Part shown: positions 1-12,730 of the stretch, piece after piece
Layout of the letters: every line of letters begins with the position of its first letter
How positions within the stretch are numbered: position 1 is the first letter of the stretch
NCBI GenBank assembly: GCA_964016885.1
Contig: OZ024742.1
Coordinates: 16,306,001-16,370,000, forward strand
Direction: 5' to 3'
Length of the DNA: 64,000 bases
Origin: Eledone cirrhosa
Taxonomy: Eukaryota
Translations under genes and position numbers: made by a program
Notes under the pieces: model-generated
What the model saw: the letters and a program-made list of their open reading frames with translations, nothing else
Told to the model about the DNA's origin: nothing
Databases searched by the model: none

Positions 1-447
1 CACTAATCACCATTTATTTTGACATTCCTTTTAAATTCACTATACCAGATACATTCAACTATCAGTTTGACAACCCCCTTCCTCCTAATAGATTTTTATG
101 CCAATTCTACTATGAACACCCTTCAACAATTCTTTCAAAGGGTCATGACCTCAACTAAAGTGTATTACTTTTCATCTTAACACCATATGAAAAAAACAAT
201 TTGATTTGTTAGTTCTTCAACGACCCCCCAAATAAGGACATGATACTAACATACTACTAATTCTGAATAAAATTATTATTGCTTTTGAAAACAGCTCGTG
301 ATATGCATGTAAGTAAATATTCTCTTCATCTGATAGTTTGTAAACTTACATAGATCAATAACTGAGTATAGATACAATGTATTATCATCATCTAGAAACG
401 ATCGTAAAGCAGTGAAGTACATCTCTAATGACTTGATTTTTATTTTA

Positions 448-449
448 GC

Positions 450-490
<41 letters not shown>

Positions 491-611
491 CGACGACGAC
501 GACGATGACACCAATAACAACAGCAGCAACAACATTAACAATAACAACAACAATAACAACAACAGCTACAACAACAACAACAATAACAACAACAACAGCT
601 ACAACAGCAGC

Positions 612-647
<36 letters not shown>

Positions 648-900
648 AACAACAACAGCTACAACAGCAACAACAGCAACAACAACAACAACAACGACAA
701 CAATAACAACAACAACAGCTACAACAGTAGCAACAACAACAACGACAACAATAACAACAACAACAGCTACAACAGCAGCAACAACAACAACAACAATAAC
801 AACAACAGCAGCAGCAGCAACAACAACAACAAGAACAAAATCAATAATAACAACAATAATGACAACAACAACCACAACAATGACAAAAAAAACAACAACA
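448..900. repeat. (ACA/GCA/ATA)n trinucleotide microsatellite
   Basis: Degenerate ACA repeats; the poly-Thr and poly-Val ORFs are artefacts of this repeat. Confidence 0.95.
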
Positions 901-1289
901 AAGGTGTACTGTCAACACCAACAATTGAATCACTGTATTCTCGGGTCTCGAACCCCTCCGCCGTTATTAAATCCCCCCCCCCCTTCTTATTAAATTGTGT
1001 TAATGTATCTCCGGCGAAATATTATTTTAAGTGGTAGCGTTCCTGCGACAATTAATTTTTCTTATACATTAAATTTAAAAAAAACCCATACATGACAAAA
1101 AAGTACATTACTAGAAATACCATGTTATAAAATAAATAGAATGGGTTGGGGGGGGGGGTCTCAATATGTAAACTAAAAGACTAATTCTGGTTTTTCAATC
1201 ATCTCTTGACGCCGCATGTGAGAAGGAGCTATATAAGGCTAGGCAGCCACTGAGTAAGTGTAGATTTCAGTGTGCCAGATACGATTCTC

Positions 1290-1326
<37 letters not shown>
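1290..1326. repeat. (AGT)n microsatellite
   Basis: Perfect AGT run. Confidence 0.95.
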
Positions 1327-1327
<1 letters not shown>

Positions 1328-2269
1328 TCCTAGTCATTGCATGAAGGTGAATATTGTTTCAACAAATATTTTGACATTAATACTTCGTAAAGGAATTATT
1401 GCACCCAATCTATTCCACACATTTGAGATATTTGATTTAAATGATGGAAAGAAATTGTTTAATGAAGAGTAAAAGCCAAAATTCGAAAGAGAAATCCAAC
1501 AAAAAAATCATATAAAGAGAATCACCAACCATAATAATAGAGAATGTGTGTATATATATATTTGTCCGTCACGCACTGAAGGGAGATGACCGAGGAAGGA
1601 AAAACAGTGACCAGCGTTCTAAGATACGTTACACTTAGGTGACTATATGTGTAGCGAATTGGCTAGTATTATTGCGTGAGTGTTTGTGTGAGCGTATGTG
1701 CGTGAGTATATGTGTGTTTGTGTGTATAGATTTATATATGTGTGAGTGTATGTTTGTGTGTTTATATTTATATACTCATACATATGAATGTATACATAAG
1801 CACACAAAGATATCATCTTGGTTATCTAGTTAGTTGCGGATAGTTTTTTTCACAAAAGCTTTGTAATAAAAGAATTATTAAACTAAAAACTTGGTTTTGT
1901 ACCCTTTTTATATATAAAATACTACAATTAACCGTCACTTTTGAGGGCACGTGACCAGTTATTTTATATAATAAATAATCTGCTGTTTTTAACGATAAAT
2001 GTATTATTCATATATAGATTTCACTGGTAGAGACGTGTTCGAATCTTTAATAAACAGGAGTCGTACGCATTATAAAAAGTAAACGGCGCAGTGGATGAAA
2101 AGCGAGTGTATTGGATCGGAAACGAACTCAAGACCTTTTTTGGTATGTATTTGAACAATCAGTAAGAAGAACAAATCTATCAGAACAACGTGTAATCTAT
2201 ACAGAATCATGAATTGGGTAAACCAATCATGTGTGTTGTGTGAGTGCAAAAGCACAAGCCATTTAAATA

Positions 2270-2400
2270 TGGTTTCTGATTTAGGCTCAAGACCAGCAGA
2301 CTCAATCCAGCGGGATTTGAACTCAGAACGTAAACGGCCATAAGTCTATGCCGCGAAGCATGTTGTTCGACGCTCTACCGATACTGCCAATCCACCTCCC
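2270..2400 (-). mobile_element. Internally deleted tRNA-derived SINE (family A)
   Basis: GGGATTTGAACTCAG (reverse-complement B-box) and CTCTACCGATACTGCCAATCCACC are shared with seven other copies. Confidence 0.75.
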
Positions 2401-2817
2401 GAAACCATTTAAATAATATATACACAAGAATGACAGAATTTAAAACATTTTACTAGTCATTTGTTTCAAGGAAAGGTGATAAGAAATATGCTGGAAGCGA
2501 CATTATTGTATATACGAATAAATCCAGGTTCTAAAATCTGTGCTGAAAATCGTTTAATGTACACATAATTTTACGTCAATCTTCTATCTACGCAGACATT
2601 AAAAGTACAAATATTGTAGAAGATCTCCAGGAGATAAAAAAAAAATACATTCGAGTATCACAAAATTATGAAGGATTAAAAAAATAAAATAGTATTAAGT
2701 CATTAGACTAGTCGAAGATAGTCAAAAACCGTTGTGGTCTGTACACAGAGAGACTGTGATAGAGGTATATATATATATAGAAATTACATGAATCAAAGTT
2801 CAGTTTAAATCATTTAT

Positions 2818-2866
2818 TTGCTTACAATAGTTTCCTCCAAACCGAGGTTTGGATTCTTCGGAGCAA
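2818..2866 (-). ncRNA. Type I hammerhead ribozyme motif (U4C variant)
   Basis: Minus strand: TTGCT CCGAAGA aTCCAAACC tc GGTTTGGAg GAAAC TATT GTA AGCAA; stems I, II and III all pair. Confidence 0.7.
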
Positions 2867-3629
2867 TTATTCAGTGATTTTTTACATACTTGACCTCCTT
2901 TTCAACACAAGAGACATATAGAAACATATGTATATATTGACCCACAGTGGGTTGACATCCATCATAATAATATAGCATGGCAATTTACATACAAAGGTTA
3001 CAATCATATTAAAGGACAAAATTAAAATTGTCACGTATGCCAGAGAATGTTCCCTACTTTTCAGCACTTTATTCCCATTCCGTATTTCCCATCTTACATC
3101 TCTACGTATTGGTTTAAAGGAAGGAAAAAATATATACGATGCTGTGACATGTACCACTTTCCCCAAAAGTATTAACAGGTGAACTACAAATAGATTTAAT
3201 AGAATATATATCCACTGGGACGAAATTTGTTAGAGGTGAGAGGAATCTATCTATTTTATTTGAAAGTATTTTATTTATCACAGGTAGTAGTCTAAAATGT
3301 TGAATGCAAAACCAGATTCTTAACAAACCAACAACTATATATTTTCCACATATTTCATTCTGTGTGGGGTGAACTGGAGTTAAGAAACAATTTGTATTTT
3401 CTGTAGTTTATGTGAACTGAATGGATTCCCTCAATGAGTAGTAGTGATTAAAAAAAAACAACAAAAAAAACAGATTAAATTTCTCAAGATTGCCTTTTCT
3501 CTAGAGTCATTAGTGACGTAAAACATGGAGTTAGGTTTTATATTTCACTAAACAACTGATTTGACAATGAAGATATTACCCACAAATAAATGACTATAAG
3601 AATTCATATAGATATGTATTTAATCTCTT

Positions 3630-3795
3630 GTTAACTCGCGCGAAGAACGATGCGGTGGATGGGAAAGAACTTTGCCATAACTCAAGCACTCGCCCATCAC
3701 CGCCAGAGATGGAGGTAGTTGGTGCAGCATTCAACACAGCAGTGTTTCAACGACCACGAGAAGGGTTAAGGGACTGTTAGGATGATGACGAGGAT
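3630..3795 (+). mobile_element. 3' end fragment of an RTE-like LINE
   Basis: Translates to RWMGKNFAITQALAHHRQRWR*LV, resembling the LINE ORF C-terminal 'A.DR..WR.LV' motif, followed by a GATGATGAC tail. Confidence 0.5.
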
Positions 3796-3981
3796 TAATA
3801 AGCTACCAGTAACCACTGGCTCGAACTGGGAAGGGAAGTCTGCGCAGTGTAGGCCATGCTTTACGATCTCGTTCAACATAACATGGTACAGGATGTGGTC
3901 AGCACTGTAACATGATATAAGTCAAGTGAATTGTTGCTAGTTTAACATTTGGCCCCCGACACAACACCGGCCTTATCACAA

Positions 3982-4413
3982 GACATATGTCATAAGGCCG
4001 GCACATATGTTATAAGGCCGACACATATGTCATAAGGCCGGCACATAAGCCATAAGGCCGGCATATATGTCATAATGCCGGCACATATGTCATAAGGCCG
4101 GCACATATGTCATAAGGCCGGCACATATGTCATAAGGCCAGCTCATATTGTCATAAGGCCGGCACATATGTCATAAGGCCGGCACATATGTCATAAGACT
4201 GGCACATATGTCATAAGGCCGGCACATATGTCATAAGGCCGGCACATATCTCATAAGGCCGGCACATATTGTCATAAGGCCGGCACATATGTCATAAGAC
4301 CGGCACATATGTCATAAGGCCGGCACATATTTCATAAGGCCGGCACATATGTCATAAGGCCGGCACATATTGTCATAAGGCCGGCACATATGTCATAAGA
4401 CCGGCACATGTGT
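3982..4413. repeat. 20-bp minisatellite (CATAAGGCCGGCACATATGT)n, about 21 copies
   Basis: Head-to-tail units with no variable spacers. Confidence 0.95.
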
Positions 4414-4582
4414 CAGCTTGGATAAAAATTGGAACCTTTTCAATAAAATATTGAACATTTACAAGCTATTGATACACTATCTTTATGATTAGTTGGTAAG
4501 GACAGACTAACGTACATCTACATATATTATAAAATATGTCTACCTTTCTCTCATTACCCTGCTGTCACTTTCTTTATCCGCC

Positions 4583-4635
<53 letters not shown>

Positions 4636-4731
4636 CACACATATATACACATATATATAATAAAGTTAGATCTGAATATTTCCCCGAATAGTAGTAACTG
4701 AGAGTGTGTAAATATGTATATAAACTTACAC

Positions 4732-4769
<38 letters not shown>

Positions 4770-4939
4770 TTCCCCCTCGTTATTGAGTATGGCCATTACA
4801 TGATATACCATTATTAATAATTATTAATTAATTCTATCATGAAATGCCTATGCGTGAAGATATTTTTTAAAATGAGGAAAGACTGTGCACTGAGCCAATC
4901 CCACTCTCTGAGCGACAGTAGCTATAACCCGAAAAGAAG

Positions 4940-5297
4940 AAAAGATCAACATCATCAGTAACTACTGAGCCGCAGGTTTTATATCGGAGTTATCCCAGAT
5001 TCCTGAGTTGCCTTCTAGAAGAATGCCCTGACAAAGGCTATGGGTCCTTCATTCCCAGTGGTTTAACCGCGCGGTACATGTGTATATACATATTTACACA
5101 CTTATGGATGGCCGTGGACTCTTATGAGTTTCTTTCGCCCTTTATCAGGTTTTGTCTTTTGTCCTGCAGGGTGTCCAAAATCACCCTCTTCACCAAGTAA
5201 ACTTGGTAGGGTTGCCGGTTTAGTCGCCGACGATCCGACCATGCGACAGGTTGTACTGGGTTACATGTTACCAGTAGCACTCAAGAGTGCCACGACA
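4940..5297 (-). mobile_element. RTE-like 5'-UTR-derived repeat, copy 1
   Basis: Similar to 5880-6045 and 55680-55765; contains the GTCG..GGCGACTAAA motif on the minus strand. Confidence 0.5.
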
Positions 5298-5302
5298 TAT
5301 AT

Positions 5303-5369
<67 letters not shown>

Positions 5370-5454
5370 CATGCATATATATATATATATAATGGAAAAA
5401 TTTGAACAGGAACAAAACAAAGAGGCAGTACAACATATACATACATACATACAT

Positions 5455-6050
5455 ATGGTGGCTGCCAACTCGTTTTCGAGTACGGCCACTACTTTATATC
5501 CATGTAGGAGAACCCCTACCGATGCGCTGAACGAGTGTAACTTTTTAGTCCAGCCAGCGACTTGAAAACTCTGATACGAACACTACACTTGTGACTATTA
5601 TTGACACATAGGGCTGGGCCCATGGTACCATGTGACGACAAGTGCAGAGAGATCTCCAGATATAAAGCAATGCCTGCGCCGTGAAGCTTTTATAGTGAGC
5701 AAAGGCACAGAGCCAGTCCCACTCTCTTAACCAAGATGATATTTATCAAAAAGAAGAACAAGTCAACATCATTGGATACCATCAGGGTTGCAGGTGTTAT
5801 ATCAGAGTTTTCCTTCTAGAATTCTGCCTTGACAAAGGCTAAGCGGTCATCTCTCCCGGTGATTTTGGATGGCAATTGACTCTTAAGAGCTCCTTTGCCC
5901 TTTGACAGGTTTTGTTTTTAGTCCTGCAGGATGTCCAAAGTCACCCTCCTCACCAAGAAACCTTGGTGGGGTTGCCAGTTTAGTCGCCAACGAGCCGACC
6001 ACGAGACAGGTTGTACTGGGATACATGTTACCAGTAGCACCAACTGGTGA
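5455..6050 (-). mobile_element. RTE-like 5'-UTR-derived repeat, copy 2
   Basis: Near-identical to 55232-55765; minus strand has AGAAGGAAAACTCTGA, which I recall from RTE 5' regions. Confidence 0.6.
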
Positions 6051-6225
6051 CCTGACATACATACATACCTGACATACATACATACATAAATATATATATA
6101 TATACATACATATATACTGTATATATACTGTATATATTTTATCAAATGATTCTATGGACTTACTTTCATATATATATATCTATATATATATATGTATATA
6201 TATATTTATTAAAATAACAGATTAA

Positions 6226-6276
6226 AGTTTAAGCAAAGAATCGCTGCTTTCACTCTTAACGGGATCTTCTGAAACT
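6226..6276 (-). ncRNA. Non-canonical type I hammerhead-like motif (CAGAAGA core); second copy at 9456-9506
   Basis: Minus strand of the 9456 copy: AGTTT CAGAAGA TCCC GTTAA GGGT GAAA GCA..TGC TT AAACT; lies at the PLE 3' terminus. Confidence 0.5.
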
Positions 6277-7176
6277 AACAAAGTCAATCTGTAAACGCAG
6301 AAGTGGATATTTCAAAAAACGTTGCAACCGGAGGAAGACAGGAAGACGATACTTTGGTTCGTGGAAACGTTCGCTGGCAAAGAACGGGGAAAAACGAATA
6401 TAATACGTCAATAATAGGAGCGGTGAAAAACAATTACGCGCAAAGACAAAACCACGTTTATGGTATAAAAGAGGTCGTAGATTAATGTTCTCTTAGGTGG
6501 TTCATAGATACGTTCTCTGGCAAAGAACGAAAAAAAACGAAGATAATACGTCATATGTGGAGCGTGGAGAACAAAGCACGCAAAGACAAAACCACGTAAA
6601 TGGTATAGCAGAAGTCGTAGAGTAAAATTCTAACATGGAGACCGAATGAATCTCCGCAACAGAGTTAAGAACAAAGTAAATAAATACAATACAGGAGTAA
6701 TAGAAATAAATAAATACATACACGCAAACAAATACGTATATACACAATTATACGCAAAACACTTACCATAGGTATTCTAAACCACGCACATATAAATATG
6801 TGTGTGTGTGTGTATGCGTGTATACTAATAAATAAATAATTATATAAACGTATATAAATAAATAAATACGTATATAACAAGCGCACACACATACCTACAT
6901 GTAAAAACACGAACATTCGGAGACGTAAGTCAACCAAAACAAGAAGTACACATATACACACACCCTACATACTCACGAACCTGCATACTCCCACAGACGC
7001 AAAAATCCCGTATACACATAGCCAAACCATATGTACCAGAATATACGTACGAGAAGGATTACGTACCTTCACAAAACATACGGGTAAAATATACTTACCT
7101 ATGCAAATAAGTAATGGTAACAAAACATATACTTAGCTACCACATTAAGACGTAAAATATCCACGTATAGATCGTG

Positions 7177-7620
7177 CTATCCGTTAGGGTATAACGTGGG
7201 GCTGTAATACAGGAAAGTTTTGTACAATTTATGTTTACAAGCCGAAATTACCTCAGATTTTTTGTTTAAGATGTGGTCTGTGGCGTAGAGTATTTCCAGG
7301 GCCTCAGCGGCGCAGAGGTCACATGGTCCTTTATTTCCGTTATACGATCTAGCCCTAGCTAGGATCTCCCAGTGTAACTTATATTGGGTGTGGTTGTCTT
7401 TTAGACACCAGATATAAGCTGAAAGTGACGTCATATTCCTTCTTAGAGGGTAACGAAAAGAATGGGTATGCATGTAAAGACGCTGCTTGAATCTATTAGC
7501 GGTTAACCCTATGTAGACCCTACGGGACGTGGGTGTTACAACCTTACATTTGTAGACAATGTTACTAGAGAGGCATTTCCCGGATAGGGGGCAATCAATC
7601 CGATTCCTACAAATACACAT
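7177..7620 (-). pseudogene. GIY-YIG endonuclease domain of a PLE
   Basis: CICRNRIDCPLSGKCL-IVY..VYIG..FKQR..H..SF..CDLC..E..LNKKSE..CKH; the ORF N-terminus is only (TG)n. Confidence 0.85.
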
Positions 7621-7622
7621 AT

Positions 7623-7660
<38 letters not shown>

Positions 7661-8079
7661 ACACACACACACACACATATATATAATAACAAACCAATTG
7701 ATTTGCTAATACATCGAAGCAATCTATATATCTATATATTGGCGAGAAAGACATTTATTTTCCTCTAAGATCCACCTTAATTATAGTTGTATGAAACATA
7801 GGTTTGTTTCCGTATCAGCAATATCTAATATATCGACAGGGTATTATGAACGACACGGTGAAGTATATCAGGATTGTAGCCATTCAGACACTATAATTGT
7901 CAGCGAGGATGTTGCTAGTGAAAATGAGCACATATCGTTTTATTCGGTTTAATATCGGTCTAAGAGTCAACTAGTTTGGAACTGACAGTGCTGTTCTGGT
8001 CCATTATATTGCCAACTGAAATAGAATGACTTACAATAATAACACCAAGTTCAACAAAACTTACAAGAAGAAAATAACA

Positions 8080-8085
8080 TATATG

Positions 8086-8117
<32 letters not shown>

Positions 8118-8139
8118 TGTATGTATGTATGTATGTATG

Positions 8140-8170
<31 letters not shown>

Positions 8171-8249
8171 GTATGTATGTATGTATGTATGTATATGTAT
8201 GTATGTATATGTATGTATGTACACACATATGTATGTATGGACTCACCCC

Positions 8250-8296
<47 letters not shown>

Positions 8297-8486
8297 TATA
8301 TATATATATCTGTGTGTGTGTATATATATATATGTATATAAATATGTATACATATATATATATGCACATATATGTATAAATGTATATATATATATATATA
8401 TATGTATATGCATATATATCTATATGCATATATATATATGCATATATATATATATGTATATATGTATATATATATATATGTGTATG

Positions 8487-8537
<51 letters not shown>

Positions 8538-8733
8538 GTATATACACATATATATATATATGTATATATATACACATGTGTGTGAATGTGTGTGTACAGT
8601 AACTAATGAGATGGAGAAAAATACTAAGAATTATTAGGATTCTTGCGTTTGAGAGAGAGGGAGAGGGAGAGGTAGAGAGAGAGAGGTAGAGAGAGGGAAA
8701 GAGTGATATATATATATATAGAGAGAGAGAGAG

Positions 8734-8800
<67 letters not shown>

Positions 8801-8850
8801 GAGAGAGTGATAAAGATCAACGTGAATAGCTCTATATTGCTGTCTGATTA

Positions 8851-8880
<30 letters not shown>
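8080..8880. repeat. (TATG)n/(TA)n/(GA)n compound microsatellite
   Basis: Visible directly in the sequence. Confidence 0.95.
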
Positions 8881-8882
<2 letters not shown>

Positions 8883-8884
8883 GT

Positions 8885-9067
8885 AATTGTTTCTACTTTA
8901 GGCACAAGGCCAGCAATTACCCAGTGCATTACTGGTACTTTATTTTATCGACCCCGTAAGGATGAAAGGCAAAGTCAACCTCGGCGGGATTTGAACTCAG
9001 ATCGTAAAGGGACGAAACTATGCTGGAAAGCATGGCGTCCGACCCTCTACCGATACTGCCAATCCAC
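8885..9067 (-). mobile_element. tRNA-derived SINE (family A)
   Basis: Full match to the copies at 20466, 21376, 27754 and 44638. Confidence 0.9.
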
Positions 9068-9103
9068 GTATATGGTGTGTATATATATATATATATATAT
9101 AGT

Positions 9104-10073
<970 letters not shown>

Positions 10074-10158
10074 AAAGTTATATTTAAAATTGTTGGGTTA
10101 CAACTAGTAAATATTTATAACTGATATAAAAGCACTCGACAAATATTTGGAGTATATT

Positions 10159-10446
10159 TACAATATTAAATAAATGGAAACTATATTTATAAAACCATAT
10201 CTATTTCATTATATATATTTCGGGGATATCATATTAACAATATGCTATGCCTTCCTCAGACAAAATACAATATAAACAGTTTTATAGATAAATAGATTCG
10301 ACATACCGTTATAACACCGACTTCTATAAAACTGTTTATATTGTATTTTGTCTGAGGAAGGCATAGCATATTGTTAATATGATATCCCCGAAATATATAT
10401 AATGAAATAGATATGGTTTTATAAATATAGTTTCCATTTATTTAAT

Positions 10447-10452
<6 letters not shown>
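10159..10452. repeat. Inverted repeat with 130-bp arms, each carrying a hammerhead motif (family B)
   Basis: Arms 10159-10288 and 10323-10452 are reverse complements. Confidence 0.9.
10344..10409 (+). ncRNA. Type I hammerhead ribozyme motif, family B (mirror copy 10202-10267 on minus strand)
   Basis: TATTTTGT CTGAGGA AGGcATAgCATATT gtt AATATGaTATcCCC GAAA TATATA TA ATGAAATA. Confidence 0.75.
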
Positions 10453-10514
<62 letters not shown>

Positions 10515-10544
10515 TATATATACTTATATATGTATATGTATATA

Positions 10545-11405
10545 AGAGGTGTGTCAGAAAAGTTCCAGGACTGATGTCACAAAAGATTTATTTCAAACCC
10601 AAACTTCATACTAAGAGTTTTCTTCTTCAGAGTAATCCCCCTGGAGTCTAATACACTTTTCCATCCTTTTCTTCCACGCTTGCATGCACTCCTAGAAGGA
10701 TTCTTCCGGGATCCTGCGCAGTTCCTTCGTCACGACTCTTTTGATGTCATCTACGTCTTCAAAACGGGTCACATCCGGATCGTACTCGAAGATCCACGAC
10801 TCAGCACTGTCCCTAGCAAGTCTGGTTCGGTTTCAAGACGCTCGAGGATGTCCTGGCACACTTGCATGCGTCGACCATTCTGGTCATCGTTCAGCAGTTT
10901 TGGCACCATCTTCGCGCAGACTTTCCGTATGTCCAAATCTTCAGTGAGAATCTTCCAGACGCTGTCCCGATTCATGCCCAGCTCATTTGCCATCAGTCGA
11001 AGAGTCAGCCGACGATCTCTACGCACCATCTGCCTGATGCCCTCAACGTTGACCTCAGGCCTTCCGCTCCTGGGGTCATCTTGCACCACTCAAAAACATG
11101 TGAGCGTGACATCGTCTCATCTCCATACACTTGCTGCAGCAATCCCAGTGCTTCTGGCGGAGCTTTCCCCAACCGTACCAGAAACTTCAAGTTTGTTCGC
11201 TGGTCTGTGCTCATTGCTTGACGACCTGAAACAGAGGACATGTATATAAAATTATGAAGAAAAAGGTTTGATCGCTGCAGAGAGCTAAGATTACAGTTAC
11301 ATAATCCAAGGGGATTACTTTGAAGGAGAAAACTCTTAGTGTGAAGTTTGGGTTTGAAATAAACACTTTGTGACATCAGTCCTGGAACTTTTCTGGCCCA
11401 CCTCG
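10545..11405 (-). mobile_element. Internally deleted mariner (Tc1/mariner) transposon
   Basis: About 100-bp terminal inverted repeats (TIRs; AGAGGTGTGTCAGAAAAGTTCCAGGACTG), TA flanks, and transposase remnants MSTDQRTNLKFLVRLGK..VYGDETMSR and DDPRSGRP..KVCAKMVPKLL. Confidence 0.92.
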
Positions 11406-11411
11406 TATATA

Positions 11412-11457
<46 letters not shown>

Positions 11458-11459
<2 letters not shown>

Positions 11460-11610
11460 TAATAATAATAAATGTGAAGATTAAAATCCAAAGAGGGCTC
11501 GATAAGGATAAATATATATCAAATATATAAGAACCCTAGAGCAAATATTAAAGTAACAAATTAAAGTTTAAGCAATTCTTTGCTTAAACTTTAATCTGTT
11601 ATTTTAATAT
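11458..11610. mobile_element. Tiny PLE terminus of the 6205 family ending in a fold-back palindrome
   Basis: Matches 9104-9178 plus 9423-9465; palindrome TTAAAGTTTAAGCAA ttct TTGCTTAAACTTTAA. Confidence 0.7.
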
Positions 11611-11617
11611 ATATATA

Positions 11618-11940
11618 AGAGGTGTGTCAGAAAAGTTCCAGGACTGATGTCACAAAAGATTTATTTCAAACCCAAACTTCACACTAAAAGTTTTCTCCTT
11701 CAAAGTAATCCCCCTGGAGTATGTAACTGTAATCTTAGCTCTCTGCAGCGATCAAACCTTTTTCTTCATAATTTTATATACATGTCCTCTGTTTCAGGTC
11801 GTCAAGCAATGAGCACAGAGCAGCGAACAAACTTGAAGTTTCTGGTACGGTTGGGGAAAACTCCGTCAGAAGCACTGGGATTGCTGCGGCAAGTGTATGG
11901 AGATGAGACGATGTCACGCTCACGTGTTTTTGAGTGGTGT
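11618..11940 (+). mobile_element. Truncated mariner 5' end (TIR and transposase N-terminus)
   Basis: Same TIR as 10545; MSTEQRTNLKFLVRLGKTPSEALGLLRQVYGDETMSRSRVFEW. Confidence 0.9.
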
Positions 11941-12002
11941 GTATATATATATATATGGATAAGAAGTTTATGAAACGGAAATGCGGGTATAAAGAATTTA
12001 TT

Positions 12003-12119
12003 AGGTAACAATTGTTTCTATAGTGTATGGGTTACCTATACCTCGCTATTTGAATAATATAAAAATATTATCATAAACCGAAGGTACACTGCAAGCAAAC
12101 ACACCATGTCGTCAGACCT
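12003..12119 (-). ncRNA. Type I hammerhead ribozyme motif with long stem II
   Basis: Minus strand: AGGT CTGACGA cATGGTGT...ACACTATa GAAAC AATT GTT ACCT, then AATAAA. Confidence 0.72.
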
Positions 12120-12599
12120 TTGTATTGGAATGATATGAAAATATTTTATACACTAGATAAAAGAGAAAGGAGGTAGGAAGAGAAGGGGCAGAGGGAAGTG
12201 AGTAAGGGGGAGGGAGTCCTAGGATTTAAGACTGCCAGACTAGTAGAGATTGTAAGGAGAGAATGTTTTGGCAGCAGTTAGCTTAATGAGGCGTGTTAGG
12301 TTTGGAGGGGGAAGTAAATTCTTCTAGTGGTGTTGTTTGGACAAAATTTAGTTAAAGGGGTCAAAGTGGTACAGAGTTACAAACAAGTTATTGGGGCTAT
12401 TATAGTAGCAGGTCATTTCTAAAGGGATCCAGAAAACAGTGTTTAGTACTATTATTATAGAAAGCCATATCTTGTATATAAACATATAAAACAGAAATTT
12501 GCAAACGGTGGTGTAAAAAGGTAACATTACATGCATTTAAAAAAAGAAAAAGTCGTTTTCAAACGATGGTTACAGTACAGTGAACGTTCAATTTTGCTG

Positions 12600-12676
<77 letters not shown>

Positions 12677-12730
12677 TATATTTATATATATAAGTGTATA
12701 TATATATATATATATATTTGGTGGAGTTGT

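Larger units (their letters stand above)
6205..7620 (-). mobile_element. 5'-truncated Penelope-like (Naiad-type) element: GIY-YIG end, 3' UTR and terminal HHR-like motif
   Basis: The ORF 7177-7620 is followed on the minus strand by about 900 bp of UTR that recurs at 9430-9975. Confidence 0.8.

Noticed and set aside
276-993. Poly-Thr (mucin-like) and poly-Val ORFs
   Set aside because: Translation of an (ACA)n microsatellite; no unique domain or supported gene structure.
1200-1472. TATA-like CTATATAAGG followed by a short ATG ORF
   Set aside because: No homology or further exons recognisable; expected by chance in AT-rich DNA.
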